Shown here piece after piece: positions 37,182 through 45,765 of a stretch of DNA of 64,000 nt. The first letter of the stretch is position 1; each line of letters opens with the position of its first letter. The notes below the pieces were generated by a model that did not search any database, was not told the origin of the DNA, and saw only the letters and a program-made list of their open reading frames with translations. The translations under genes were made by a program, and so were the position numbers. Origin of the DNA: a virus (lineage: Duplodnaviria; Caudoviricetes); the IMG/VR virus record IMGVR_UViG_3300032135_000291, positions 10,916 through 74,915 of that record; one strand, given 5' to 3'.

Positions 37182-38280
37182 CAAGACCTCGGTGGCGCCA
37201 GTGCTGTGCGACAACCCGTGGTGCGGCACCAAGACGCGATCGCACATGTCCGCGTTCGCGAAGCGACGCTGCGACCAGAGCAAGGGTGCACAAGTACGCG
37301 TCCACGCCTCTCAGGTCGCCACACAGAAGCATTCGAGTCGTCAGAGCGCTGACGAGGCCCAAGCAGTATTTGGTGGCGACACAGAGCAAGGTACCGTCGG
37401 CTACAGCACGCTTCGTGACGGGCACTTCGAGGGCGCGGTGTTCGACAACGTCGTTCTCGCCGAGGCGCAGGGCGCGAACTTCGAGGGCGCTACCTTCGGC
37501 GAAGTCGTGTTCGACGGAGGGGTCATCGAGTGCTCCTTCGCGGGCGCCTCCGGCTTCGACGTGCGGATCCAGAAGGTCATCTCCGACACACGCATGGACG
37601 ACATGCGTGTCGCCGGATTGCACGTCGAATCGGGGACCGAGGTGCGAGACCTGTCCGTGTCCGGGGCGCTCATCAACGACTCAACGTGGGGCAGGCATAG
37701 CGACGTCAAGGACTCGTCCTTCCGGTTCGCATCCATGCGCCGCAGCACCTTTGGAGAGTCGATCCAGTTTCGCAACTGCGACTTCACCGGCGTCGACCTG
37801 GCCCGGTCCGAGTTCGCGGGATCGTACGCAGGGAAGTCGACCTTTTCCAGCGTCATCATCGAGCGGGCGAACTTCTCGGGAGTCGACCTCACCAACGTGA
37901 CCTTCGCGGACGTCCCGCTCGCCGAAACGATCTACTTCGTCGACGGCGACACGCTCCCCATGCTGAACCCCGGAACGCTGGACCCGTCCGACTTCGGCCG
38001 CGAGTTCATGACCCGGGCACTGACCGACGAGCAGTACTCCGACTTCGTCACGAATCTGGGCGCCTCCGAGGCGGAAGTACGCGGGGCGATGTCACGACTG
38101 TCGCCCGCTTTCGTGCCGGTCTACGAGGACGGTGCTGTGGGCACTCGAGGCGAGTTGTTGCGGCGGGCCATGCTTGGCGACGACGTGGGGATGCTGACAA
38201 ACATCCAAGCGGAACTATGGGACGCGTCACGCCCCCATAACCGAATGCTGGTCGAGTCTCCGGACGCTTTGTACTCCTGA
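37174..38280 (+). CDS. Pentapeptide-repeat protein with N-terminal Cys/His tag
   Basis: CDNPWC..H..RRC; F(R/E)xxxF/L repeats such as FRNCDFTGVDLARSEF and ANFSGVDLTNVTF. Confidence 0.75.
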   Translation: MASKTSVAPVLCDNPWCGTKTRSHMSAFAKRRCDQSKGAQVRVHASQVATQKHSSRQSADEAQAVFGGDTEQGTVGYSTLRDGHFEGAVFDNVVLAEAQGANFEGATFGEVVFDGGVIECSFAGASGFDVRIQKVISDTRMDDMRVAGLHVESGTEVRDLSVSGALINDSTWGRHSDVKDSSFRFASMRRSTFGESIQFRNCDFTGVDLARSEFAGSYAGKSTFSSVIIERANFSGVDLTNVTFADVPLAETIYFVDGDTLPMLNPGTLDPSDFGREFMTRALTDEQYSDFVTNLGASEAEVRGAMSRLSPAFVPVYEDGAVGTRGELLRRAMLGDDVGMLTNIQAELWDASRPHNRMLVESPDALYS

Positions 38281-38360
38281 CAGCATCAGGCCTACCGCAC
38301 CGTTGCTATGGTGTCGGCATACGCCACACGCGCGCGACGGCCGAGCCCCGGAGGAATGCA

Positions 38361-38795
38361 GTGACCGCAGCATCACGAGAGGTCGACTTGGGCGCTGCGA
38401 CTGGCGCCCCGGTCGTGGTCCGGACGTGGCGCGGCAAGGGCGGCCGCGTGTTCACCGCCGCGCGCGTCCCGCGGGCGCCCGACGACGCAACGCCATGGAG
38501 CGTGTACGAGGGCGTCAAGTACCTGGGCAACTGCGGGAACGACAAGATCCCGTCGGACGCAGCAGTTCTCTACCCCGAGGGCGACAGGGGAATCGAGGTC
38601 GTCGACGGCGTGTACTACGCCGTGATCGTCGACCGGCAAGAAGGCGTGGGCGTGCGCAACAGCCCCCTCACTGCGCGCGACCCCGATCGCCCCTGGGCGG
38701 TAAGCCTGCCTGACGTCTTGGAGGATCGCGTCGTTATCGACTCGCTTCCCGAGCAGATGGTTGACGTCGTGCGTGCACTGGACGCCGGCCTGTAG
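38361..38795 (+). CDS. Hypothetical protein
   Basis: GTG start with SD ggagga; typical GC3-rich codons. Confidence 0.55.
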   Translation: MTAASREVDLGAATGAPVVVRTWRGKGGRVFTAARVPRAPDDATPWSVYEGVKYLGNCGNDKIPSDAAVLYPEGDRGIEVVDGVYYAVIVDRQEGVGVRNSPLTARDPDRPWAVSLPDVLEDRVVIDSLPEQMVDVVRALDAGL

Positions 38796-39175
38796 AACTG
38801 CGTCGCCTACCACACCGTTCCTGACGCTGTCTGAAAACGACACGCTGATCTACCAGGCACTTCGCACGCCCCTTGCAAATGTCAGTCATAGGGCATAGGT
38901 TTACCGACGTCAGCACATGCTGACTCTTTGCCTTACTACCGAGAAGACCCGAAGGGGGTGAACGGCAAATGATGCAATCACAGCGCATCGCACGCGACGA
39001 ATCCAACGTCGCCAATTTGTCGACACCCACTAGCGGGTATCAGCAGGAATGGCGCCGCGATCCCAAAGCGACCACCAGCCTGCACTCCGGCCTTGTGCTG
39101 CCGGGCTTTACGCCCAAGCACTAGACAGCCGCGAGTAACGCTCTCGTCCCGGCAGCAACAAGGGACTACCACAAT

Positions 39176-39248
39176 TCCTCGGTGGTGTAATTGGCAACAC
39201 GTCCGACTGTTAATCGGAAGTCTCAAGGTTCGAGTCCTTGTCGAGGAA
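39176..39248 (+). tRNA. tRNA-Asn(GTT)
   Basis: Cloverleaf; loop CT-GTT-AA. Confidence 0.92.
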
Positions 39249-39450
39249 CGCAGGCCAACTACGGTTGCGCCTTTGTACTCGCCTCGGCGGGATTGAGAAT
39301 TCCATAGTGGATGAGTGTGCAAAGCAGAGACCTCTGCCTCGCCGCCGCCGATTCGCCCCTCGCGGGTGTGACGGTCGTGGCCCGGGGGGTCTCTCAGAGC
39401 GGCCCCGCCCATTTTCCTGAAAGGGAATCCCAGGGCGGGGCCGCACATTG

Positions 39451-39526
39451 GGGCCAATGGCGCAACTGGTAACGCAGCGCTTTTGCAAGGCGAAGAGTCT
39501 CGGTTCAAATCCGAGTTGGTCCACCA
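39451..39526 (+). tRNA. tRNA-Ala(TGC)
   Basis: Loop TT-TGC-AA; G3:U70; CCA encoded. Confidence 0.88.
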
Positions 39527-39693
39527 AGACGACTAGATCAGCGGCGGGGAGACCCCGTGACGAGCATCGAAATCGTTGAGGGAGTGCGTGACAAACGTGC
39601 TCCCGGCGCGGGGACGCCCGCGCTTAACTGACCCACCAGCGGTGGGAACAGTAACGGGGGGGCCTCGCCGTAATGCGGTGGGGCTCCCAGCCA

Positions 39694-39767
39694 CGGGGTG
39701 TGGCGCAGTCTGGTAGCGCATCCGCTTTGGGAGCGGAGGGCCAGGGGTTCGAATCCCTTCACCCCGA
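39694..39767 (+). tRNA. tRNA-Pro(TGG)
   Basis: Loop TT-TGG-GA. Confidence 0.93.
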
Positions 39768-39872
39768 CTTTGCGGGCTTGCTCGTCGTCGGCTCGGCGAG
39801 AGTCACCGACTCCGGCGCGCGCTCTTGAAGGGAGCGAAGCGCTGTGCGGGGTTGGCGGCGAGCAAATACTTA

Positions 39873-39934
39873 CGGGGTGTGGCGCAGTTTGGTAGCGCGC
39901 GTCGTTCGGGACGACGAGGTCGTGGGTTCAAATC
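39873..39934 (+). pseudogene. 3'-truncated copy of tRNA-Pro(CGG)
   Basis: 62 nt with 2 mismatches to 40010..40071; breaks just after the T-loop. Confidence 0.8.
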
Positions 39935-40009
39935 TTATGAACACTGTGACCCGTTAAGATAAGTTAATAGGCAGGTACAATTGTCACCGGCATGTTGGTG
40001 ACAGTGCTT

Positions 40010-40083
40010 CGGGGTGTGGCGCAGTTTGGTAGCGCGCGTCGTTCGGGACGACGAGGCCGTGGGTTCGAATCCCGCCACCCCGA
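40010..40083 (+). tRNA. tRNA-Pro(CGG)
   Basis: Loop TT-CGG-GA. Confidence 0.93.
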
Positions 40084-40133
40084 CTCCCAGGAGGGACTCG
40101 CTATGAGCACCAACGACATCTAGTAGCGCTCAC

Positions 40134-40206
40134 GCTCCTCTGGCTCAAACGGCAGAGCAACTGACTCTTAATCAGTGGGTTCCGGGTTCGAATCCCGGGG
40201 GGAGCA
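40134..40206 (+). tRNA. tRNA-Lys(CTT)
   Basis: Loop CT-CTT-AA. Confidence 0.93.
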
Positions 40207-40224
40207 CTCGCAGCAAGCAGCACT

Positions 40225-40299
40225 GGGCCCGTAGTGAAACTGGCATCACTCTGGACTTTTAATCCTGAATTTCGGGTTCGAATCCCGGCTGGCCCACCA
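40225..40299 (+). tRNA. tRNA-Lys(TTT)
   Basis: Loop CT-TTT-AA; CCA encoded; imperfect stems. Confidence 0.82.
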
Positions 40300-40333
40300 G
40301 GCAAGACGCGAGCCTTGATCGCGTCAAACACTC

Positions 40334-40406
40334 GGCTCTGTAGCGCAGTCGGTAGCGCGCCTGACTGAAAATCAGGAGGTCATCGGTTCGATCCCGATTG
40401 GAGCCA
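40334..40406 (+). tRNA. tRNA-Phe(GAA)
   Basis: Loop CT-GAA-AA. Confidence 0.93.
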
Positions 40407-40512
40407 CTCAGGGAGCCCTGCCCGTTCAACTCGCGGCAGGCAAACATCGGCGGTTCAACTCCGCTTCCCGGCGGTCCGGGCGATGAGCAGACCGGCGTCT
40501 GGGCTTTCGCAC

Positions 40513-40585
40513 GCGAGTGTCGTATAGCGGCCAAGTACCTCTGTTTTCCAAGCAGATGACACGGGTTCAAATCCCGTCACTCGCT
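40513..40585 (+). tRNA. tRNA-Gly(TCC)
   Basis: Loop TT-TCC-AA; U73. Confidence 0.9.
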
Positions 40586-40616
40586 CCGGGCCCGCCAGAG
40601 CCCCAATCTGGCATCT

Positions 40617-40687
40617 AGGGGTGTGGCGTAACGGCAACGCGGCGGTCTCCAAAACCGTGCATGGGGGTTCGATTCCCTCCACCTCTG
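40617..40687 (+). tRNA. tRNA-Trp(CCA)
   Basis: Loop CT-CCA-AA. Confidence 0.92.
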
Positions 40688-40762
40688 CCCAGGCACCTTG
40701 TCGGCCCTTGGTGCGTTGCGCTAACATCTAGGCAACCACACCTCATCGACCGGGAGGACGCG

Positions 40763-41620
40763 ATGGCTAGCGTGACCCAGCGAGTCAAGCAGGTGAAGCA
40801 GCCGCGCGGAGGCTACGTCAATCCGAGGGTGATGGAGGTCCAATATCTAAGCGGAGGCGCCCCCGCCCTCCTGGATCACCGGGCGGAGAACATTCACGCC
40901 TCCCTGGTTGGTATGGCTGTGGACTACCTCACCAGAGCGGCGTGTGGAACCCGTGCGGAAACGGTGTTCAACATCTCCCTCTATGGCGCAAAAAAGGTCG
41001 GAGACCTGGCGCTTCATCAGGCTCTCGTGGACTGCGCGACCATTGAGAGTGGCGGCTTAGACACCCCCTCGATTGAGGCTGCGTGCCGCCTTGTTGGGTA
41101 TGACGTAATCTTCCGGGCGGGGATGGCTCAGTACAACCCCGCGGCAAACCTCGCGCCTGACGCATTCACCGTCCTAAATATCAGAGCCATGGTCGAGCGC
41201 GCGCTCCGCTTTTTCGATGAATATGGACCAGTCGAGATCGACGGGTTTCTCCCCCTCGGTAGGGCCACAGAGTTTGTGGACAGTGGAGATGGCGACTTTC
41301 TGACTTTTGACACCCTATGGGACTTTAAGGTTTCAGTGAATCCGCCGACCATCGCCCACACGTTGCAATTGCTTATGTATTGGCTCATTGGTCGCGACGG
41401 CAACTGGTGCTGGCAGGTTGGGAACCCACCGGTTCAGCCCGACTTGCAGAGGCTTCTCGAGTATGGGCTCTACGACCCCAGGATTCACGGTGGTCCTATC
41501 CCAACCAGGCTGGGCATCTACAACCCTCGGCTCGATGCCGTCTACCTATTGAGTGTGACCGACATCCCTGCCGACGTCATTACCGCAGTATCGCGAGACG
41601 TAATCGGATACCACGAGTAG
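40763..41620 (+). CDS. Hypothetical protein inside tRNA array, possible PD-(D/E)xK nuclease fold
   Basis: SD gggagg; GDGDFLTFDTLWDFKVS motif; more A/T-ending codons than neighbours. Confidence 0.6.
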   Translation: MASVTQRVKQVKQPRGGYVNPRVMEVQYLSGGAPALLDHRAENIHASLVGMAVDYLTRAACGTRAETVFNISLYGAKKVGDLALHQALVDCATIESGGLDTPSIEAACRLVGYDVIFRAGMAQYNPAANLAPDAFTVLNIRAMVERALRFFDEYGPVEIDGFLPLGRATEFVDSGDGDFLTFDTLWDFKVSVNPPTIAHTLQLLMYWLIGRDGNWCWQVGNPPVQPDLQRLLEYGLYDPRIHGGPIPTRLGIYNPRLDAVYLLSVTDIPADVITAVSRDVIGYHE

Positions 41621-41792
41621 ACGTCCCGGGAAGACGACGGCGCGGGGGTTCGGCCCCTCTGCCCCCGCTCCGCGGCGGTCGCCCGTCGCGTCACTCGCTC
41701 CCCGCAGCCGGATCCCCGGAACCGGAGAGATTCGCCCACCAGCGTGAGTCATGGCGATCGAGGACAAAGGGATCTCACGCCCGAGGCGACAT

Positions 41793-41864
41793 GCCGAGAT
41801 AGCACAGCGGTAGTGCGTCGCCATGGTAAGGCGAAGGTCGTGGGTTCGACCCCCACTCTCGGCT
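41793..41864 (+). tRNA. tRNA-Thr(GGT)
   Basis: Loop AT-GGT-AA. Confidence 0.92.
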
Positions 41865-41969
41865 CGCAGCAGTCGCTCGGAGAAGCGCGCTGAAAGGGTG
41901 GCAGCGGTTCGACTCCGCGAACGATGGTCGGGTCACCCCAATTCTCCGAGCGGCTGTGTCTCGTCCTGA

Positions 41970-42041
41970 TCCGCCCTGGTGTAGCGGCAGCATGCAGGCC
42001 TTTGGAGCCTTGCGATCCAGGTTCGAATCCTGGGGGCGGAA
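41970..42041 (+). tRNA. tRNA-Gln(TTG)
   Basis: Loop CT-TTG-GA. Confidence 0.88.
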
Positions 42042-42084
42042 CGCATGGATTTACCCGAGCCTCGCCGTTGCGCGGGTCCGGTGC

Positions 42085-42158
42085 AGTCGTATGGCGCAAC
42101 TGGTAGCGCGGCTCCTTCACACGGAGACGGCTTGGGGGTTCGAGTCCCTCTACGACTA
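42085..42158 (+). tRNA. tRNA-Val(CAC)
   Basis: Loop TT-CAC-AC. Confidence 0.88.
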
Positions 42159-42242
42159 CGCCTCGGCTACTCGGCCGCTGCATGAAGGCAGCGACAAGAG
42201 GCCCGAAATCCCCTGGCAGACGGGGAGATAGTCTGCTGCTTT

Positions 42243-42325
42243 GCCGGCGTTGGACATATGGATGGTCCGCCTGACTGTAAATCAGGTTCCTTCGGGACGT
42301 GGAGGTTCGAGTCCTCTCGACGGCA
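42243..42325 (+). tRNA. tRNA-Tyr(GTA)
   Basis: Loop CT-GTA-AA; long variable arm. Confidence 0.88.
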
Positions 42326-42401
42326 CTGTGTGCGCACGACTGGCTGGGGGTTGATATGTCCCCCGGGGGAACTGACCCTCCCTGCACAAGAAAGGGTCGC
42401 T

Positions 42402-42474
42402 GCGCTCGTGGCTCAACGGATAGAGCACTTGGTTACGGACCAAGGGGTTGGAGGTTCGAATCCTCTCGGGCGCG
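42402..42474 (+). tRNA. tRNA-Arg(ACG)
   Basis: Loop TT-ACG-GA. Confidence 0.93.
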
Positions 42475-42754
42475 CTGGGACAGCACGAGTAGAACCGGGT
42501 CGCTCCGGGGAGATGGACTCGTGCCGGCTGTCGCGTGCCGGATGCAAAACGCGGACCCTGCCGGTGATGGGAGGCTACCTAGGCCGAACCGGAAGGCAGC
42601 GATCGACGTGGCGGCTCCGGCTGCCGCGCTCGGGAGTGCTGTGGGCCCGTGACCACCGGGCTGACCTGACCACCGGCGGGTGAAGATTCAGGCATAGGGG
42701 TGAGAGTCCCCAGGGGAGCGGTTCGGCTGGCAAGTCGGCGACCTCCCCGCACAT

Positions 42755-42839
42755 GCCCGTGTGGCGGAACGGTAGACGCGCCAGTTTCAGGAACTGGTAT
42801 CCCGTGAGGGGTGTGAGGGTTCGAATCCCTCGATGGGCA
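42755..42839 (+). tRNA. tRNA-Leu(CAG)
   Basis: Loop TT-CAG-GA; long variable arm. Confidence 0.9.
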
Positions 42840-42901
42840 CAATCCGGCCTCGACAGGTCGGCGGAGGTACTCGGGCACCTGGAAGACCCCGAGCGTGGAC
42901 T

Positions 42902-42974
42902 GCGGATATGGCTCAGTTGGCAGAGCGTCACCTTGCCAAGGTGAAGGCCGCGAGTTCGAATCTCGCTATCCGCT
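42902..42974 (+). tRNA. tRNA-Gly(GCC)
   Basis: Loop TT-GCC-AA. Confidence 0.93.
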
Positions 42975-43057
42975 CAGCGCTCGCACTCTCTCCGTCTGAT
43001 CGTCACGGCCTCCGGTGTCAGACCCGGATCCGCGGTGGGGGAGAGCGCGAGCCACAT

Positions 43058-43132
43058 TTCCCCATGGTGTAACTGGCAGCACGACTGGCCCTGGTCCAGT
43101 TAGTTGAGGTTCGAATCCTTATAGGGAAGCCA
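43058..43132 (+). tRNA. tRNA-Gln(CTG), C33
   Basis: Loop CC-CTG-GT; CCA encoded. Confidence 0.85.
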
Positions 43133-43176
43133 AAAGTTCGTTGTGCGGCTGGTCGCGAGCCTCATCGCGGCGCAAA

Positions 43177-43250
43177 GGACCCGTGGCGCAGATGGTTAGC
43201 GCGCTTCGCTGATAACGAAGAGGTCGGAGGTTCAAGTCCTCCCGGGTCTA
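43177..43250 (+). tRNA. tRNA-Ile(GAT)
   Basis: Loop CT-GAT-AA. Confidence 0.93.
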
Positions 43251-43265
43251 CTAGCGCGGATTGAA

Positions 43266-43337
43266 GATCGCATGGCGCAGCGGTAGCGCGCTTCCCCGAC
43301 ACGGAAGAGGCCGAAGGTTCGAACCCTTCTGCGATCA
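43266..43337 (+). tRNA. tRNA-Val(GAC), C33
   Basis: Loop CC-GAC-AC. Confidence 0.88.
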
Positions 43338-43385
43338 CAGGTTTGGTCCTCCGAGATTCGGGCTTTCCGAATCGGCAGGGCCTGA

Positions 43386-43459
43386 TGCGCGAATGGGGAA
43401 AGGGCGTCCCGCCTGGCTCATATCCAGGAAATCGGTGGGTTCGACTCCCACTCGCGCAA
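43386..43459 (+). tRNA. tRNA-Met(CAT), elongator-type
   Basis: Loop CT-CAT-AT; paired 1:72 and no GGG/CCC anticodon stem, so not an initiator. Confidence 0.8.
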
Positions 43460-43554
43460 CCGCTCGAAGTGGTCCTCCTACTTGGCTCCGGCGAGGGGGT
43501 GAGGGAAGCGCGGAGAGTGTCGGCGGCGGACCTGAAATCCGCGCGGCCGACGAT

Positions 43555-43630
43555 GGTGTTCGAGGCCGAAAAGCGAGGCGCGTGGTTGTGGTCCACGTCG
43601 TAGCGGGGGCAGTACCCGTCGAACACCCCA
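43555..43630 (+). tRNA. tRNA-His(GTG) with non-canonical T-loop
   Basis: G-1:C73, loop TT-GTG-GT, T-loop GGCAGTA, CCA encoded. Confidence 0.85.
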
Positions 43631-43631
43631 C

Positions 43632-43703
43632 GGTCCCGTGGTGTAAGTGGCAGCACGCCGCCCTCTCAAGACGGTAGCGGGGGTTCAAATCCCCTCGGGA
43701 CTA
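43632..43703 (+). tRNA. tRNA-Glu(CTC)
   Basis: Loop CT-CTC-AA. Confidence 0.9.
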
Positions 43704-43847
43704 CGAAACGTCCCTCCTCGCCAGCAAGAGCCCCCGGGCTCTACCGGCAATACGTCCGGTCAGGCGAGGAGGTCACAGGTTGGACGCTCAGCGCCGGGAC
43801 TTGCCGGCGTCGAAGACCTGGGGGCTGCGGCCCCGGAAGCGTCACTT

Positions 43848-43922
43848 GGTCCTGTGGAGCAGTCTGGAGTGCTCGCCACCCTGTCACGGTGGAGGTCGTG
43901 GGTTCAAATCCCATCAGGATCG
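43848..43922 (+). tRNA. tRNA-Asp(GTC)
   Basis: Loop CT-GTC-AC; G73. Confidence 0.93.
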
Positions 43923-43976
43923 CGAGAAGTACGCTCCGCCGCAGATCGGCCCGGAGCCGGGTGGATACCTTGAAGC

Positions 43977-44579
43977 ATGAGCAAGTGCACCTCGAGAACC
44001 GGCCGTCACCTCCCCGGTTCGTGGACCGAGCAGGAGTGCCCCGAGCACGGCTTGCTTGCCGCCAGGAGGGCCACCGCGGCGGCCCCCACAGCGAGCATGA
44101 GCGCCCCTCAGCCGGCTCCGGGACGTGACCAGCCGCCCGCCTACGAAGGGACGCTGGGGAGCCTTCCGGAAGAGATCGTAGAGGACCTGATTTCTCGTCG
44201 TTCGCGACGAGGTGCGAGCCGAGAAGAGAGCGCGGCGCTCCTCGGAGAGTTCGTGCGGTCACACTCCGGCGCCAACCTCGCATCCGCGCTGGTCTACAAC
44301 AACTTCGCCAGGACGCCGAACGTGGACCGTATCGTTCGCGACATCGACGCGACCCGGCCGCCAACCCGCCGCCCGTCACCGAAGCCGCAGTCAGCGCGGA
44401 TCGAGACGCTACGAGGCGGAGACACGTTCGAGGACGGAGAGTTCCGCGCTCGCGAAGAGGTCCTCGAAGTCACCGACCAGGGCGACAACATCTACGTCAC
44501 CACAGACGCCTCCCAGGACGCCGGTGCGGGTGCATACCGGTTCCGCAAGGGCGAGACCGTTTGGGCGACCACCGCGTAA
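43977..44579 (+). CDS. Cys/His-tag family protein
   Basis: CTSRTGRHLPGSWTEQECPEH; GGATAC motif upstream. Confidence 0.7.
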   Translation: MSKCTSRTGRHLPGSWTEQECPEHGLLAARRATAAAPTASMSAPQPAPGRDQPPAYEGTLGSLPEEIVEDLISRRSRRGASREESAALLGEFVRSHSGANLASALVYNNFARTPNVDRIVRDIDATRPPTRRPSPKPQSARIETLRGGDTFEDGEFRAREEVLEVTDQGDNIYVTTDASQDAGAGAYRFRKGETVWATTA

Positions 44580-44808
44580 CAGGGGATGAGCCACGATGCC
44601 CGAGTTCAACGACGTAGGAGGGGGTGATCCGATTTGAGCGAGTCCTCGAACCTTCGAATGCCCAAGTCGTCGAACTAGGAGGTGATCCAATCTCACGCCG
44701 TAGGGCCCGACGCGGATGGCGCCGGGAGTGTGGCGCTGTCGCAGGATCTGGCCCGCATCCCCGGCGCTACCGTGTTGGGCGACCAGCACCGATCAGGAGT
44801 TGAACGAG

Positions 44809-45237
44809 ATGCCCACATGCAATATCCGTCACGAACCAGGGTCGGACGCACAGAAGAAGTGCGCCGTGCACGGCCGTCGAGTGGGCCGCGGGGTGGCAGC
44901 GAGTCTCACGCCGCCAATGCTTCGGCAGAAGACTCCGGAGGCCGCGATCCCGGAGTTGCCCGACGACGTGGCAGAGGGCCTTCTTCGCCGCCGCACGCAG
45001 AAGGGGTACTCCCACGATGCGTCGGTCGAACGGCTTGCGGAGATTGCGTCCGACGCCGAACTATCAGCAGTGGAAGTCAAGTACGCCTTGGTCAACGAGG
45101 ACTTCGAGGACAGCGTCGTCAGTGCCGGGCTCGTGAGCGAGATGGTGCGGGGCGGACGCAGGATCAAGGACCTTTCGGCTCAGATCGAGGCGGCAGAGTC
45201 GCGCTCTCCCGCGAAGGTCGCCGAAGCGACTGACTAG
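44809..45237 (+). CDS. Cys/His-tag family protein
   Basis: MPTCNIRHEPGSDAQKKCAVH; SD aggag. Confidence 0.65.
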   Translation: MPTCNIRHEPGSDAQKKCAVHGRRVGRGVAASLTPPMLRQKTPEAAIPELPDDVAEGLLRRRTQKGYSHDASVERLAEIASDAELSAVEVKYALVNEDFEDSVVSAGLVSEMVRGGRRIKDLSAQIEAAESRSPAKVAEATD

Positions 45238-45264
45238 CGATCGTCCGTCCGCACCGCAACGCTT

Positions 45265-45353
45265 GGAACCGTCGCATAGTCCGGTCTAGTGCGCGTCCCT
45301 GCTAAGGACGTGGTGGGGCAACTCACCCGTGGGTTCAAATCCCACCGGTTCCG
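45265..45353 (+). tRNA. tRNA-Ser(GCT)
   Basis: Loop CT-GCT-AA; long variable arm. Confidence 0.92.
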
Positions 45354-45358
45354 CGCAA

Positions 45359-45445
45359 GGAAGATTCGCCTAGCGGTCTATGGCGCGCGCTTGGAAAGCG
45401 CGTTGGGCGTAAAAGCCCTCGGGGGTTCGAATCCCCCATCTTCCG
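45359..45445 (+). tRNA. tRNA-Ser(GGA)
   Basis: Loop TT-GGA-AA; long variable arm. Confidence 0.92.
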
Positions 45446-45450
45446 CTCGT

Positions 45451-45540
45451 GGATGGCTGGCAGAGCGGCCAAATGCGCCGGTTTTGAAAGCCGGAGGCGG
45501 GGAGACTCGCTCGGGGGTTCGAATCCCTCGCCATCCGCCA
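45451..45540 (+). tRNA. tRNA-Ser(TGA)
   Basis: Loop TT-TGA-AA; CCA encoded. Confidence 0.92.
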
Positions 45541-45541
45541 A

Positions 45542-45626
45542 GGAAGATTCGCCTAGTGGCCTATGGCAGCCGTTTCGAAAGCGGCCTGGGGTGAAACCCT
45601 CGGGGGTTCGAATCCTCCATCTTCCG
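45542..45626 (+). tRNA. tRNA-Ser(CGA)
   Basis: Loop TT-CGA-AA. Confidence 0.92.
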
Positions 45627-45642
45627 CAAGAAGACCCCGCCC

Positions 45643-45715
45643 GCGCTCGTAGTTCAGGGGACAGAACGCCACCTTCCTACGGTGGATGCCGGGGGTTCGA
45701 ATCCCTCCGAGCGCA
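45643..45715 (+). tRNA. tRNA-Arg(CCT)
   Basis: Loop TT-CCT-AC. Confidence 0.92.
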
Positions 45716-45765
45716 CGTTTCTCCAAGCCAACTCCAAGCAACTGCAACTCTTGGAGTTGAGCATT

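Noticed and set aside
37174-38280. Pentapeptide protein as a Qnr/MfpA quinolone-resistance gene
   Set aside because: Repeats are short and irregular, and it is embedded in a tagged AAA+/vWA operon far from the topoisomerase; nothing supports resistance.
43519-43551. Hairpin gtcggc-ggcgga-cctgaaa-tccgc..gccgac resembling an anticodon arm (possible Sec/Ser tRNA)
   Set aside because: No T-arm or acceptor stem could be built around it.
45728-45760. aactccaag..cttggagtt inverted repeat between tRNAs
   Set aside because: Single short hairpin, plausibly a processing or terminator structure; no further support.
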